Origin: Archangiaceae bacterium
GTDB lineage: Bacteria > Myxococcota > Myxococcia > Myxococcales > Myxococcaceae
Direction: 5' to 3'
Assembly (NCBI GenBank): GCA_043750125.1
Contig: JAYVCD010000334.1
Span: 1-37,482, forward strand
Length of the DNA stretch: 37,482 bases
Shown: positions 15,924 to 23,413 of the stretch, in pieces
Layout of the letters: each line of letters starts with the position of its first letter
Position numbering within the stretch: the first letter of the stretch is position 1
The notes under the pieces: generated by a model
Database searches by the model: none
Told to the model about the DNA's origin: nothing
Seen by the model: the letters and a program-made list of their open reading frames with translations, nothing else
Translations under genes and position numbers: made by a program

Positions 15924-17009
15924 TTGCAAACCACACTTCTGATCATCCTCGCCCTGCTGTTCGCGCTGGTGTGCACCGGGTTGTGGGTGCGCGCGGTGAT
16001 GGCGTTTTTCGCGCTCGAGGACAACCGGCCCACCGCGAGGGTGGTCGCCGCGGTCGATGGCTGGCAGCTGTGCGCGTGGCATCGCGTCCCTGCGCGGCGA
16101 CGCTTCGTCGAGCCGGTGGTGCTCTGCCACGGGTTGTCGAACAACCATCGGTTCATCGAATTTCAGGCTCCGCACAGCCTGGCCGCGGCGCTCGCCGAGG
16201 CGGGCTTCGAGTGCTTCACGGTCGAGCTGCGCGGAGCGGGAAATGCCGCCCCGGCCCCGGTGGGCACGCGCGCCGATGGGTGCATCGATGACTACGTGCG
16301 GTTCGATGTGCCGGCGCTGGTGAGCCACGCGCTCTCGCAGTCCGGAGCGCTGAAGACCTTCTGGGTCGGGCACTCGCTGGGTGGGTTGGTGGCGTTGGCC
16401 GCTTGCGAAGGCGAGCTGCAGGAAAGGCTGACGGGCTTGGTGACGATCGGCTCGCCGGTCTTCTTTCAGCGCCACTGGCGCACCCAATGGCTGCTCAAGT
16501 TCGGGTATTGGCTGTCGCCGCTGGGCCGATTTCGCACCGACTGGTTTGCGGCGATGGTCGCTCCGTTCGCGGGTTGGTTTGCGGTGCCGGTGGGAATCAA
16601 CATGGCGAACCAACGCAACATGCCGGGCTGGGTGCAGCGGCGGGCGATGGCGACGGTGATCGCTCCCATCTGGCACGGGGTCTTGAGTCAGCTGAGGGAC
16701 TGGACCTTCGACGACAAGTTTCGTTCGGTCGATGGGAAGACCGACTATCGCGATCGGGTGCGGGCGCTGAAGGTTCCGCACCTGATTGTGGGAGGCGCGG
16801 CCGACGGAATCGCGCCTCCCGCCAACTGCCAGCAGCACTTCGAGATCGCAGGATCCCCCGATAAAGAGCTGCAGCTGTTTGGCACCGGTTACGGGCACCA
16901 GGCCGACTACGGGCACGGAGACCTGCTGCTCGGCACGCACGCAAACCTCGAGGTGTATCCGCGGGTGATTCAGTGGCTCGCCCGGCGCGCGACGCCGGTG
17001 GTCGAATAA
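15924..17009 (+). CDS. Membrane-anchored alpha/beta hydrolase
   Basis: N-terminal TM helix, LCHGL, GHSLGG nucleophile elbow and YGHGDLL; start TTG 15924 or ATG 15900. Confidence 0.88.
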   Translation: MQTTLLIILALLFALVCTGLWVRAVMAFFALEDNRPTARVVAAVDGWQLCAWHRVPARRRFVEPVVLCHGLSNNHRFIEFQAPHSLAAALAEAGFECFTVELRGAGNAAPAPVGTRADGCIDDYVRFDVPALVSHALSQSGALKTFWVGHSLGGLVALAACEGELQERLTGLVTIGSPVFFQRHWRTQWLLKFGYWLSPLGRFRTDWFAAMVAPFAGWFAVPVGINMANQRNMPGWVQRRAMATVIAPIWHGVLSQLRDWTFDDKFRSVDGKTDYRDRVRALKVPHLIVGGAADGIAPPANCQQHFEIAGSPDKELQLFGTGYGHQADYGHGDLLLGTHANLEVYPRVIQWLARRATPVVE

Positions 17010-17528
17010 TCAGCGCTGGAACAGAATCGTGGGCTCGCCCTTGTACTGGGTGCGCGCGTACTCTTGGTACCCGCATTTTTCGGCCACGCGAATGGACGCC
17101 CGATTGGGGACGCTGATCAGGCACACCGTGCGCGGTGCGGGCAGATGGTGATCGCCCCAGGCGAGCGCCGCCCCAACGGCCTCGGTGGCCAAACCCTGTC
17201 CGTGGGCCCAGGGGCACAGGACCCAACCCATCTCGGGGGCTCCCGCCAGGGGCGGTTGAATGTCTCGTTTGAAATCGGCAAAACCCAACTCACCGACGAA
17301 GCGGCCCGACGATTTTTCGGTGAGGGCCCAATACCCGAACCCCATTGCGGCCCAGTGACCGATGTAGCGCAGCACCCTGCCCCACACTTCCTCTTCACTG
17401 AAGGCCCGCCCCCCGATGTGGCGGGTCACGTCGGGGTGAGACCACATTGCCGCGCAGGCCGGCAGGTCGTCGGCGCGGTGCGCGCGCAGGCTCAAGCGCG
17501 GCGTCTGGAGGACAGGAGCGGTGTTCAC
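17010..17528 (-). CDS. GNAT N-acetyltransferase (RimJ/RimL-like)
   Basis: LQTPRLSLR, PEMGW, HGQGLATEA and NRASIRVAEKCG. Confidence 0.9.
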   Translation of the reverse strand: MNTAPVLQTPRLSLRAHRADDLPACAAMWSHPDVTRHIGGRAFSEEEVWGRVLRYIGHWAAMGFGYWALTEKSSGRFVGELGFADFKRDIQPPLAGAPEMGWVLCPWAHGQGLATEAVGAALAWGDHHLPAPRTVCLISVPNRASIRVAEKCGYQEYARTQYKGEPTILFQR

Positions 17529-18004
17529 TTCGCGAGCGTCGGCAGCTTCCGCGCTTTGAGCCGCGCGTTGGCGGGAACGCGGGTCGAGTAATTCACGACT
17601 CCTTCATCGTCGGTCCATTGAAAGACGTCGGGGCCGGGAACCCGGGGCAGAAGCGGAGCCACGGGCGCAGGCGCCACGGGAACCGGGACTACCGGCGCGG
17701 GAGTGGGCGCCGCGATCGGAACGGGCGCTTCGACGGGCGGCAGCTGCACGACCACCACCTTCATCGGCTGCTCGGGCACCGGCTCGCGCTCTCGTTCGAC
17801 GTAGATGACCTGCGGCGGGGGCGGAGGCGGCGGCGGCGTATAGACGACCCAGTACCAGGACGGCTGCACCGGGTAGGAGGGAACGTAGGCCCGGGTCTGG
17901 TGTTCGTTGCCGACCCGCCAGTTTCCAAAATTGATGTTGAAGCGGGCATCCGCGGCGAAGGCGGCGGTGCTCAGCAGCAGGGAGGCAAAGATCGAGCGAC
18001 GCAT
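17525..18004 (-). CDS. Exported Pro-rich protein with DUF4124-like C-terminal motif
   Basis: Signal peptide ending AFA; 8-Pro run; VFQWTDDEGVVNYSTRVP. Confidence 0.7.
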   Translation of the reverse strand: MRRSIFASLLLSTAAFAADARFNINFGNWRVGNEHQTRAYVPSYPVQPSWYWVVYTPPPPPPPPQVIYVEREREPVPEQPMKVVVVQLPPVEAPVPIAAPTPAPVVPVPVAPAPVAPLLPRVPGPDVFQWTDDEGVVNYSTRVPANARLKARKLPTLAK

Positions 18005-18025
18005 GACGCCGGCGAGCCTAACTCC

Positions 18026-19549
18026 CTAATCGCGCCAGATGCACCCACTGGGGGGCAAAACGAGGTTGCTCTTCAGGCGGGTCACGGTGACCCGCGCGCC
18101 CTGATCACACTCGGCCCAGATGGGCACTTGAACCGCGGTGATGTCTGCGTCCTCGAGCTTGACGCTCGCGCGGTCGAGCACCGCAATCGCGGGGCCTTCT
18201 CCCCCTTTGCTGATCATCGACTTCAGGCTCACCGTGGAGCCCAGCTCGCAGACCACCGCTCCGACCCGACAGCGCTCGCAAGAAAACCGATTCACTTCCA
18301 CCCGGGCCCCCGCGGTCGCGAAAATGCCGATTCCGGCGGCGTCGCGGATGATCAGGTTGTCCACCTCGACCTCGGCATCGCGCAGCTCGAGCCCATCGCC
18401 TCCGCTCTCACTCGACCCGCCCTCGGCGCGGATGTGGTCGACCGTCACGTCTTCGAGTTTCACCTTGCCCAGCCGCACCAGGATTCCGATCGCCCGCGCG
18501 TGCTGGACCTTCACCCCCTTCACCTTCAGGTCGCTTTCCAGCAGCTGCAGCGCGCCGTAGGTGCCGCTTTGTTCGGTCTGAATGTCGCTGAAGGTGCCGG
18601 TGCATTGGACGGTGGCAATCGACGCCAGCTGGACACGGCGGGACGTGAAGCGGACGAGGGTGAGTGCCGCCTTCCGCGCCTGGAGCCCGAATTCGTGGCC
18701 GTTGACCGTTGCATCGGTCAGCGTCAGCGCTCCTTCGGCGACGAAGATGCCCGGACCACTGCCGCCCGCCGCGGTCAGCCTTCGCACTTGCGACCGGCTG
18801 TTCTCGAGGTGCAGCGCCTGGGCGGGACCTTCACTTTGGAGGTCTTCGCCGTCCAGCTGCGCACCCTGGGCATCGACGGCGCGGGCAAACGCCCCGAGAA
18901 AACGAACCCGGCCCAGGCGAGCCCGGGCTCCCCGGGTCAGCTGCACCCCCACGGTCTGGCTCACCGTCCCTTCGAGCAGAGAGTCTTCGAGCGTGAGGAT
19001 GCCGCTCGCCTCGAGCGCCACGCGCCGACTGCCGGAAAAATGAACGCGTCGCACGCTGACGGGGCCAATCGCTCTCAACCCGATGAAACCGCCCTGCACC
19101 CAGAGCCCCTCGAGGCTCGCCGAAGACGCGGTCACCACCGTGCCTTCCCCCTCGGCATAGAGAACGACTTCCCCGTGGCCCACCAGCGCAGAGCCCGGCG
19201 GAAGCACCCAGGGCCCGGGGTAGAGCCCAGAGCGAAGGTGAATGACTGCATTGGGGGCGAGCGCATCGTTCAGCCGCTTGAACGCCCGTCTCGGGGTGCC
19301 GTCTCCTCCTTCGGGGGCCGAGGCGTCCACCCAGCGCTCGACCGCCGCCGCGGCGAGCAACGGCGGTTCGGCGATGACCGCCCCGGTCGCAGACACACAC
19401 GCGGCGCTCACCAGCACGAGCAAAACCAGCGCCGATCGCTGATCGAAGAGCCCCGGCTTCCGATCAAGATCCGCCCACAGACGCACGGATTTACTCGGGG
19501 TTCCGGTGGGATCTTGATCGTGATTCGGGTTTCTCTGATCAGACATCAT
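18026..19549 (-). CDS. Right-handed beta-helix (pectin-lyase-like) repeat protein, possible lipoprotein; start uncertain
   Basis: WVDASAPEGGDGT...AF...AL...LRSGLY cap followed by repetitive G/V/I strands; LVLLVLVSAAC lipobox-like segment. Confidence 0.7.
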   Translation of the reverse strand: MMSDQRNPNHDQDPTGTPSKSVRLWADLDRKPGLFDQRSALVLLVLVSAACVSATGAVIAEPPLLAAAAVERWVDASAPEGGDGTPRRAFKRLNDALAPNAVIHLRSGLYPGPWVLPPGSALVGHGEVVLYAEGEGTVVTASSASLEGLWVQGGFIGLRAIGPVSVRRVHFSGSRRVALEASGILTLEDSLLEGTVSQTVGVQLTRGARARLGRVRFLGAFARAVDAQGAQLDGEDLQSEGPAQALHLENSRSQVRRLTAAGGSGPGIFVAEGALTLTDATVNGHEFGLQARKAALTLVRFTSRRVQLASIATVQCTGTFSDIQTEQSGTYGALQLLESDLKVKGVKVQHARAIGILVRLGKVKLEDVTVDHIRAEGGSSESGGDGLELRDAEVEVDNLIIRDAAGIGIFATAGARVEVNRFSCERCRVGAVVCELGSTVSLKSMISKGGEGPAIAVLDRASVKLEDADITAVQVPIWAECDQGARVTVTRLKSNLVLPPSGCIWRD

Positions 19550-19567
19550 TCAATTCCGCCAAAGTGT

Positions 19568-19607
19568 ATGTATTACATTGACCGGCGCGATCCCGATTTG
19601 ATACCTC
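19568..19607 (+). promoter_or_regulatory. Putative sigma-70 promoter of the HU gene with an upstream palindrome
   Basis: TTGACC at 19578-19583; TGATACCT in the -10 region; ATGTA-T-TACAT at 19568-19578. Confidence 0.45.
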
Positions 19608-19660
19608 AGCGGCCTCTTCGAGGGGGCTCGAGGGGTTTTATCCCGGAGGAAACACAATCC

Positions 19661-19930
19661 ATGACGAAGGCAGAGCTGGTTGAAGCTGTGTCGGTCGAGA
19701 CCAAACTGACCAAGAAGGCGGCGTCGGAAATGATCGACATCGTGTTCAACAACATCGGCAAAGCAGTGAAAAAGGATGACCGTTTCAGCTACCCGGGGTT
19801 CGGGACCTGGTCGATGCGCAGCCGCAAGGCTCGCAAGATCCGAAATCCCCAGACGAACGAGATCATGAAGTTGAAGGCGAGCAAGACGATCGGTTTCCGG
19901 CCGGCCAAAGAGCTCAAGGCCACGCTGTAA
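19661..19930 (+). CDS. hup: HU-family DNA-binding protein
   Basis: MTKAELVEAV...GFGTW...RNPQT...FRPAKELK; RBS GGAGGA at 19645-19650; hidden at the end of the 827-aa track ORF. Confidence 0.95.
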   Translation: MTKAELVEAVSVETKLTKKAASEMIDIVFNNIGKAVKKDDRFSYPGFGTWSMRSRKARKIRNPQTNEIMKLKASKTIGFRPAKELKATL

Positions 19931-20831
19931 CCCGCTGAAAAGAGTTGGCGCTTTCGGACGAGCTCTGGGGAAACCCGGGGCTCGTTCCATTTTGGGTCAT
20001 CGCCTCTTCCGGATCTTCGGGTTGCCCATTCCGAATCAGCTCGAAATGAAGGTGAACTCCGGTCGATTGCCCGGTGGATCCCGCCAGGCCGATGACCTCG
20101 CCCCGCTTGACCCGCGTTCCCGGGGACACCAGCAGGCTCTGCAGGTGGCTGTAGCGCGTGGCGAGTTGGGGATCATGTTGGAGTTCCACCTGCTTTCCGT
20201 AGGATCCATTCCACCCGGAAAAGACGACCCGGCCGTCGCACGCGGCCCGAACCGGCTGGGCGGGGTCGGCGAGCAGGTCGAGCCCCGAGTGCAGCCGGTC
20301 GTTTCCGGTCAAGGGGTGGACCCGATGACCAAACGGACTGGTGATGACGATCGGCTCGAGAGGCCAGAGGAAGCGATGGGGGTCGACCCGGCGCTGACCT
20401 GGGGAAAGTGACGCCAGACGGGCGGACAGCAGGCCGACGGCACGCTGCGCTCCGTCGGCGACCTCGGGTGGAAAGTCGCCGTACAGCTCGGCGTCGGCAA
20501 TCAACTGGGTGTGGACAACCAGCCGGGCGCGCACGAGATCGAACGGCGAGAGCGGGTCGGCGATGGTGAGCAGGAACTGGTCGACCTGGCCCAGCATTGT
20601 TGCCCACGCCTGGGCGGCGGCCGGCCCCATCTTCTGCCCCCGGGTCGCTAAGACCCGCGCCGCCTCGACCCGATCGGAAAACGCAAACAAGGAAGCGTGC
20701 AGTCGAGCGCTGGTGGGGGCCGGGGACGAAGGGGGCGAGCCAAAGGCTTCGATCAACGGGATCTTCGCGACCGGCGTCCCCGCACAACCGGCGATCGCCC
20801 ACATCAAGCAGATGATTCTCTTCACCGGCAT
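19914..20831 (-). CDS. M23-family metallopeptidase, predicted lipoprotein
   Basis: Lipobox IAGC; HSGLD, YSHL and STGVHLHFE. Confidence 0.9.
   Translation of the reverse strand: MPVKRIICLMWAIAGCAGTPVAKIPLIEAFGSPPSSPAPTSARLHASLFAFSDRVEAARVLATRGQKMGPAAAQAWATMLGQVDQFLLTIADPLSPFDLVRARLVVHTQLIADAELYGDFPPEVADGAQRAVGLLSARLASLSPGQRRVDPHRFLWPLEPIVITSPFGHRVHPLTGNDRLHSGLDLLADPAQPVRAACDGRVVFSGWNGSYGKQVELQHDPQLATRYSHLQSLLVSPGTRVKRGEVIGLAGSTGQSTGVHLHFELIRNGQPEDPEEAMTQNGTSPGFPQSSSESANSFQRVTAWP
19958..19993 (+). terminator. Putative intrinsic terminator of the HU gene
   Basis: ACGAGCTCTGGG-GAAA-CCCGGGGCTCGT (two G:U pairs) followed by TCCATTTT. Confidence 0.55.
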
Positions 20832-20863
20832 CGCGCCGTCGCGACGGTAGCATGGCGCCGCGA

Positions 20864-21577
20864 ATGTCTAAGGTTCCCTCCCTCCCGCCACCGTCGGTCT
20901 CGAAAAAGGAGCTCCGCGCACAAAAGGTCGTGCGCGCGGCCGTCGTCCTCGCCCGGCTGGGCGCGGCGATGCCTGAGGCGAAGATCGAACTCGACTACCG
21001 AACTCCGCTGCAGCTGTTGGTGGCGGTGATCCTCTCAGCGCAGTGCACCGACCGACGGGTCAACCTGGTCACCCCGAAGCTGTTCGCCGACTTCCCGACC
21101 GCAGAGTCGTACGCGAACGCGACTCCCGCGCAGATTGTCCCCTACATCAACTCGCTCGGGCTGTTCCGCAACAAGGCTAAGAGCCTGGTCCACCTGGGCA
21201 AGGCACTGCAGCAGCTGCACGATTCGAAGGTCCCGATTGACCGCGCGGCGCTGGTGAAGCTGCCGGGGGTCGGCCCGAAGACGGCGGGCGTGGTGACGAT
21301 GCACCTGGGAGGCGACCAGGCGTTTCCGGTCGACACCCACGTGCTGCGGCTGAGTCGGCGGCTGGGCTTTTCGCGCAACCTCACCCCTGACGCGGTGGAA
21401 AGCGACTTGCAAAAGCTCTGGCCGCCGACCGATTGGTTCATGGCCCACCAGCTGGTCATCTGGCACGGCCGAAGGGTGTGCCACGCCCGAGCGCCCGAGT
21501 GTCATCGCTGCGTGGTTCTGGATCTGTGCCCGCGCATCGCAGTGAAGAGCGTGTCCCCCCCTAAGGGGCCCGGCTAA
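20864..21577 (+). CDS. nth: Endonuclease III
   Basis: LSAQCTD, HhH motif LPGVGPKTA, VDTH and the 4Fe-4S pattern C-x6-C-x2-C-x5-C; alternative start ATG 20852. Confidence 0.95.
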   Translation: MSKVPSLPPPSVSKKELRAQKVVRAAVVLARLGAAMPEAKIELDYRTPLQLLVAVILSAQCTDRRVNLVTPKLFADFPTAESYANATPAQIVPYINSLGLFRNKAKSLVHLGKALQQLHDSKVPIDRAALVKLPGVGPKTAGVVTMHLGGDQAFPVDTHVLRLSRRLGFSRNLTPDAVESDLQKLWPPTDWFMAHQLVIWHGRRVCHARAPECHRCVVLDLCPRIAVKSVSPPKGPG

Positions 21578-22110
21578 TACGCCGCCGCTTCTTCTTCTTT
21601 TTCAGCGGCGCGATCGGCCTTCAGCTTCTTCATTCGCTTGCGAATCAGTTCCCGCTTCAGCATCGAGATGCGATCGACGAAGACCGTGCCGGTGAGGTGG
21701 TCACACTCGTGCTGCACCGCGACGGCGAGCAGTCCTTCGCAGCGCAGCGTCTGCTCTTCGCCCCGGGTGTCGAGGTACTTCACGGTGCACGCCGCGGCGC
21801 GCTCTACGTCTTCGGCCTCTCCGGGGATGGACAGGCAGCCTTCGGTGTAGACCAGCTTTCCCTCGAGCTCGAGGATCTGCGGGTTGACCATCGCGATCGC
21901 CTTCGAGTCGGGCTGACGGGGCGTGGTGTCGAGGACGATGATGTTCTTGAGCACCCCAAGCTGCGGTGCGGCCAGGCCGACTCCATCGGCGGCGTACATC
22001 GAATCGAACATGTCTTCGATCAGCGCGCGGGTGGTGTCATCGACTTGTGCGACGGGGGTCGCTTTCTTCTTCAGGGTGGGGTCGGGCCAGATCAGGATTT
22101 CGCGAACCAT
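21574..22110 (-). CDS. def: Peptide deformylase
   Basis: GVGLAAPQ, EGCLS and QHECDH; start MVREILIWP. Confidence 0.96.
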   Translation of the reverse strand: MVREILIWPDPTLKKKATPVAQVDDTTRALIEDMFDSMYAADGVGLAAPQLGVLKNIIVLDTTPRQPDSKAIAMVNPQILELEGKLVYTEGCLSIPGEAEDVERAAACTVKYLDTRGEEQTLRCEGLLAVAVQHECDHLTGTVFVDRISMLKRELIRKRMKKLKADRAAEKEEEAAAY

Positions 22111-22160
22111 TGCGAGGCGATCTTTAACGGAGCAAGCCCCCGGGGGCAACGCGCGCGGTG

Positions 22161-22876
22161 TGCTTGCATCGCCCCTGCCCATGCAGTCTTCCCGGATCTT
22201 GAGTTCCCCAATGCGTCCCGATGTTCATCCGGGTGCTGCGTCAGCGGGGGCTCAAGGTGGGCCCGCTGCGGACCGCCTACGGGCTGGATCCCGAGGTTGA
22301 AACCCCGGCCGAGCCGGGCCTGCCCCTGGCGCGGGTGGCGGCGTTCAGCGAGGACTGCGCCGCCCTCGCGGGGGATCCCCACTTCGGGTTGGGGGTCGGG
22401 GATGCTGCAACTGCAGCGGTACAGCGTGCTGCTCAACGGGCTGGTGACCATCGAGCTGGAAGAGACGCGTCGGCTGGCGCGACCTTCCCGCGCTCGAAGC
22501 AGACCCGGCGCTGTCGAAGGTCCTCGCTGAACAGGCCCAGCGCGAGGCGAAGGGCGGCCCCCGCGCCAGCGATCTGAGGTCGACCGTGCGGGGAGCGATT
22601 CGCGAAGAGCTCCGCGGCCGCACCCCGGGGCTGCCTTCCATCGCGCGCCGCCTGGCGTTGAGCGAGCGCACGCTGCAGCGGCGGCTGGACTCTGCAGGCA
22701 GCTCGTTTCAGGTCGAGCTCGAATCGGTTCGGGAATCGATGGCCTGCACCTATGTGAAGCAGCCCGAGATTCCTTTCAGTGAGATCGCCTTCGCCCTGCG
22801 CTACAGCGACCTGCGGTCGTTCGCCCGGGCGTTCAAGCGCTGGACGGGAAAGACGCTCGCTCAAACCCGCCGGTGA
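22161..22876 (+). pseudogene. Degraded AraC-family regulator
   Basis: N-domain pieces in different frames (AGDPHFGLGVG; LQRYSVLLNG; DPALSKVL) joined to an intact HTH region (SERTLQRRL...EIAFALRYSDLRSFARAFKRWTG). Confidence 0.75.
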
Positions 22877-22900
22877 AGATGGCGTCGCAGGTCCACCTTG

Positions 22901-22916
22901 TGGCGCCCGAGGTGCC
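22901..22916 (+). promoter_or_regulatory. Possible sigma-54 promoter
   Basis: TGGCGC-CCGAG-GTGCC with GG-N10-GC spacing; AAGGAG RBS at 22941-22946. Confidence 0.35.
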
Positions 22917-22954
22917 TGGGGCCCGGGTAGGACCACGGTCAAGGAGCCTTTCCC

Positions 22955-23398
22955 ATGATCGACAAAGTCGCCGCCCGCCCCATTGCAGTGCCCACCCCGG
23001 TCCGCAGCCCGGTTGCGACCCCGATTTCGGCGCCCGCACCCGCTGCGACGGCGGCGAAAACCGGGTGGGTTGCGAAGGCAAAACCGAGCCTGTTTCAGCG
23101 GCTGGGCCACAAGATTCACGACACGCTGCAGTCGGGCGTCGCGAAGGCGGGCCTGACGGCGTACGCCCCGCTGCAGGCACCCCCGACGCTCAAACGCCCG
23201 GTGGTGATGATTCCCGGACTGACGCTGAACGCCAGCTCGTATGACCCGCTGGCCCGGCACCTGTCGAGCAACAAGGCCAATGGTCCGGTCGCCACCTTCG
23301 TCGCCGCGGACGGCAAGTTCCACCTCGGGGGCAAGGACGGCCGGGTGATGGCGCAGGGCGAAGTGACGAAGGCGAATATCTTCGAAATGGAATACTGA
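22955..23398 (+). pseudogene. Probably C-terminally truncated lipase/alpha-beta hydrolase with Pro/Ala-rich N-terminus
   Basis: RPVVMIPGL oxyanion strand is present, but the ORF ends at IFEMEY before any GxSxG, 15 nt from the convergent gene. Confidence 0.6.
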
Positions 23399-23413
23399 AC
23401 CGAGCGAGTCTTT

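Noticed and set aside
17447..19930. 827-aa giant HU fusion
   Set aside because: The upstream part is antisense to real genes; HU has its own RBS and promoter at 19578-19661.
22141..22170. Sigma-54 promoter for the AraC remnant
   Set aside because: TTGCA is present but there is no GG at the -24 spacing.
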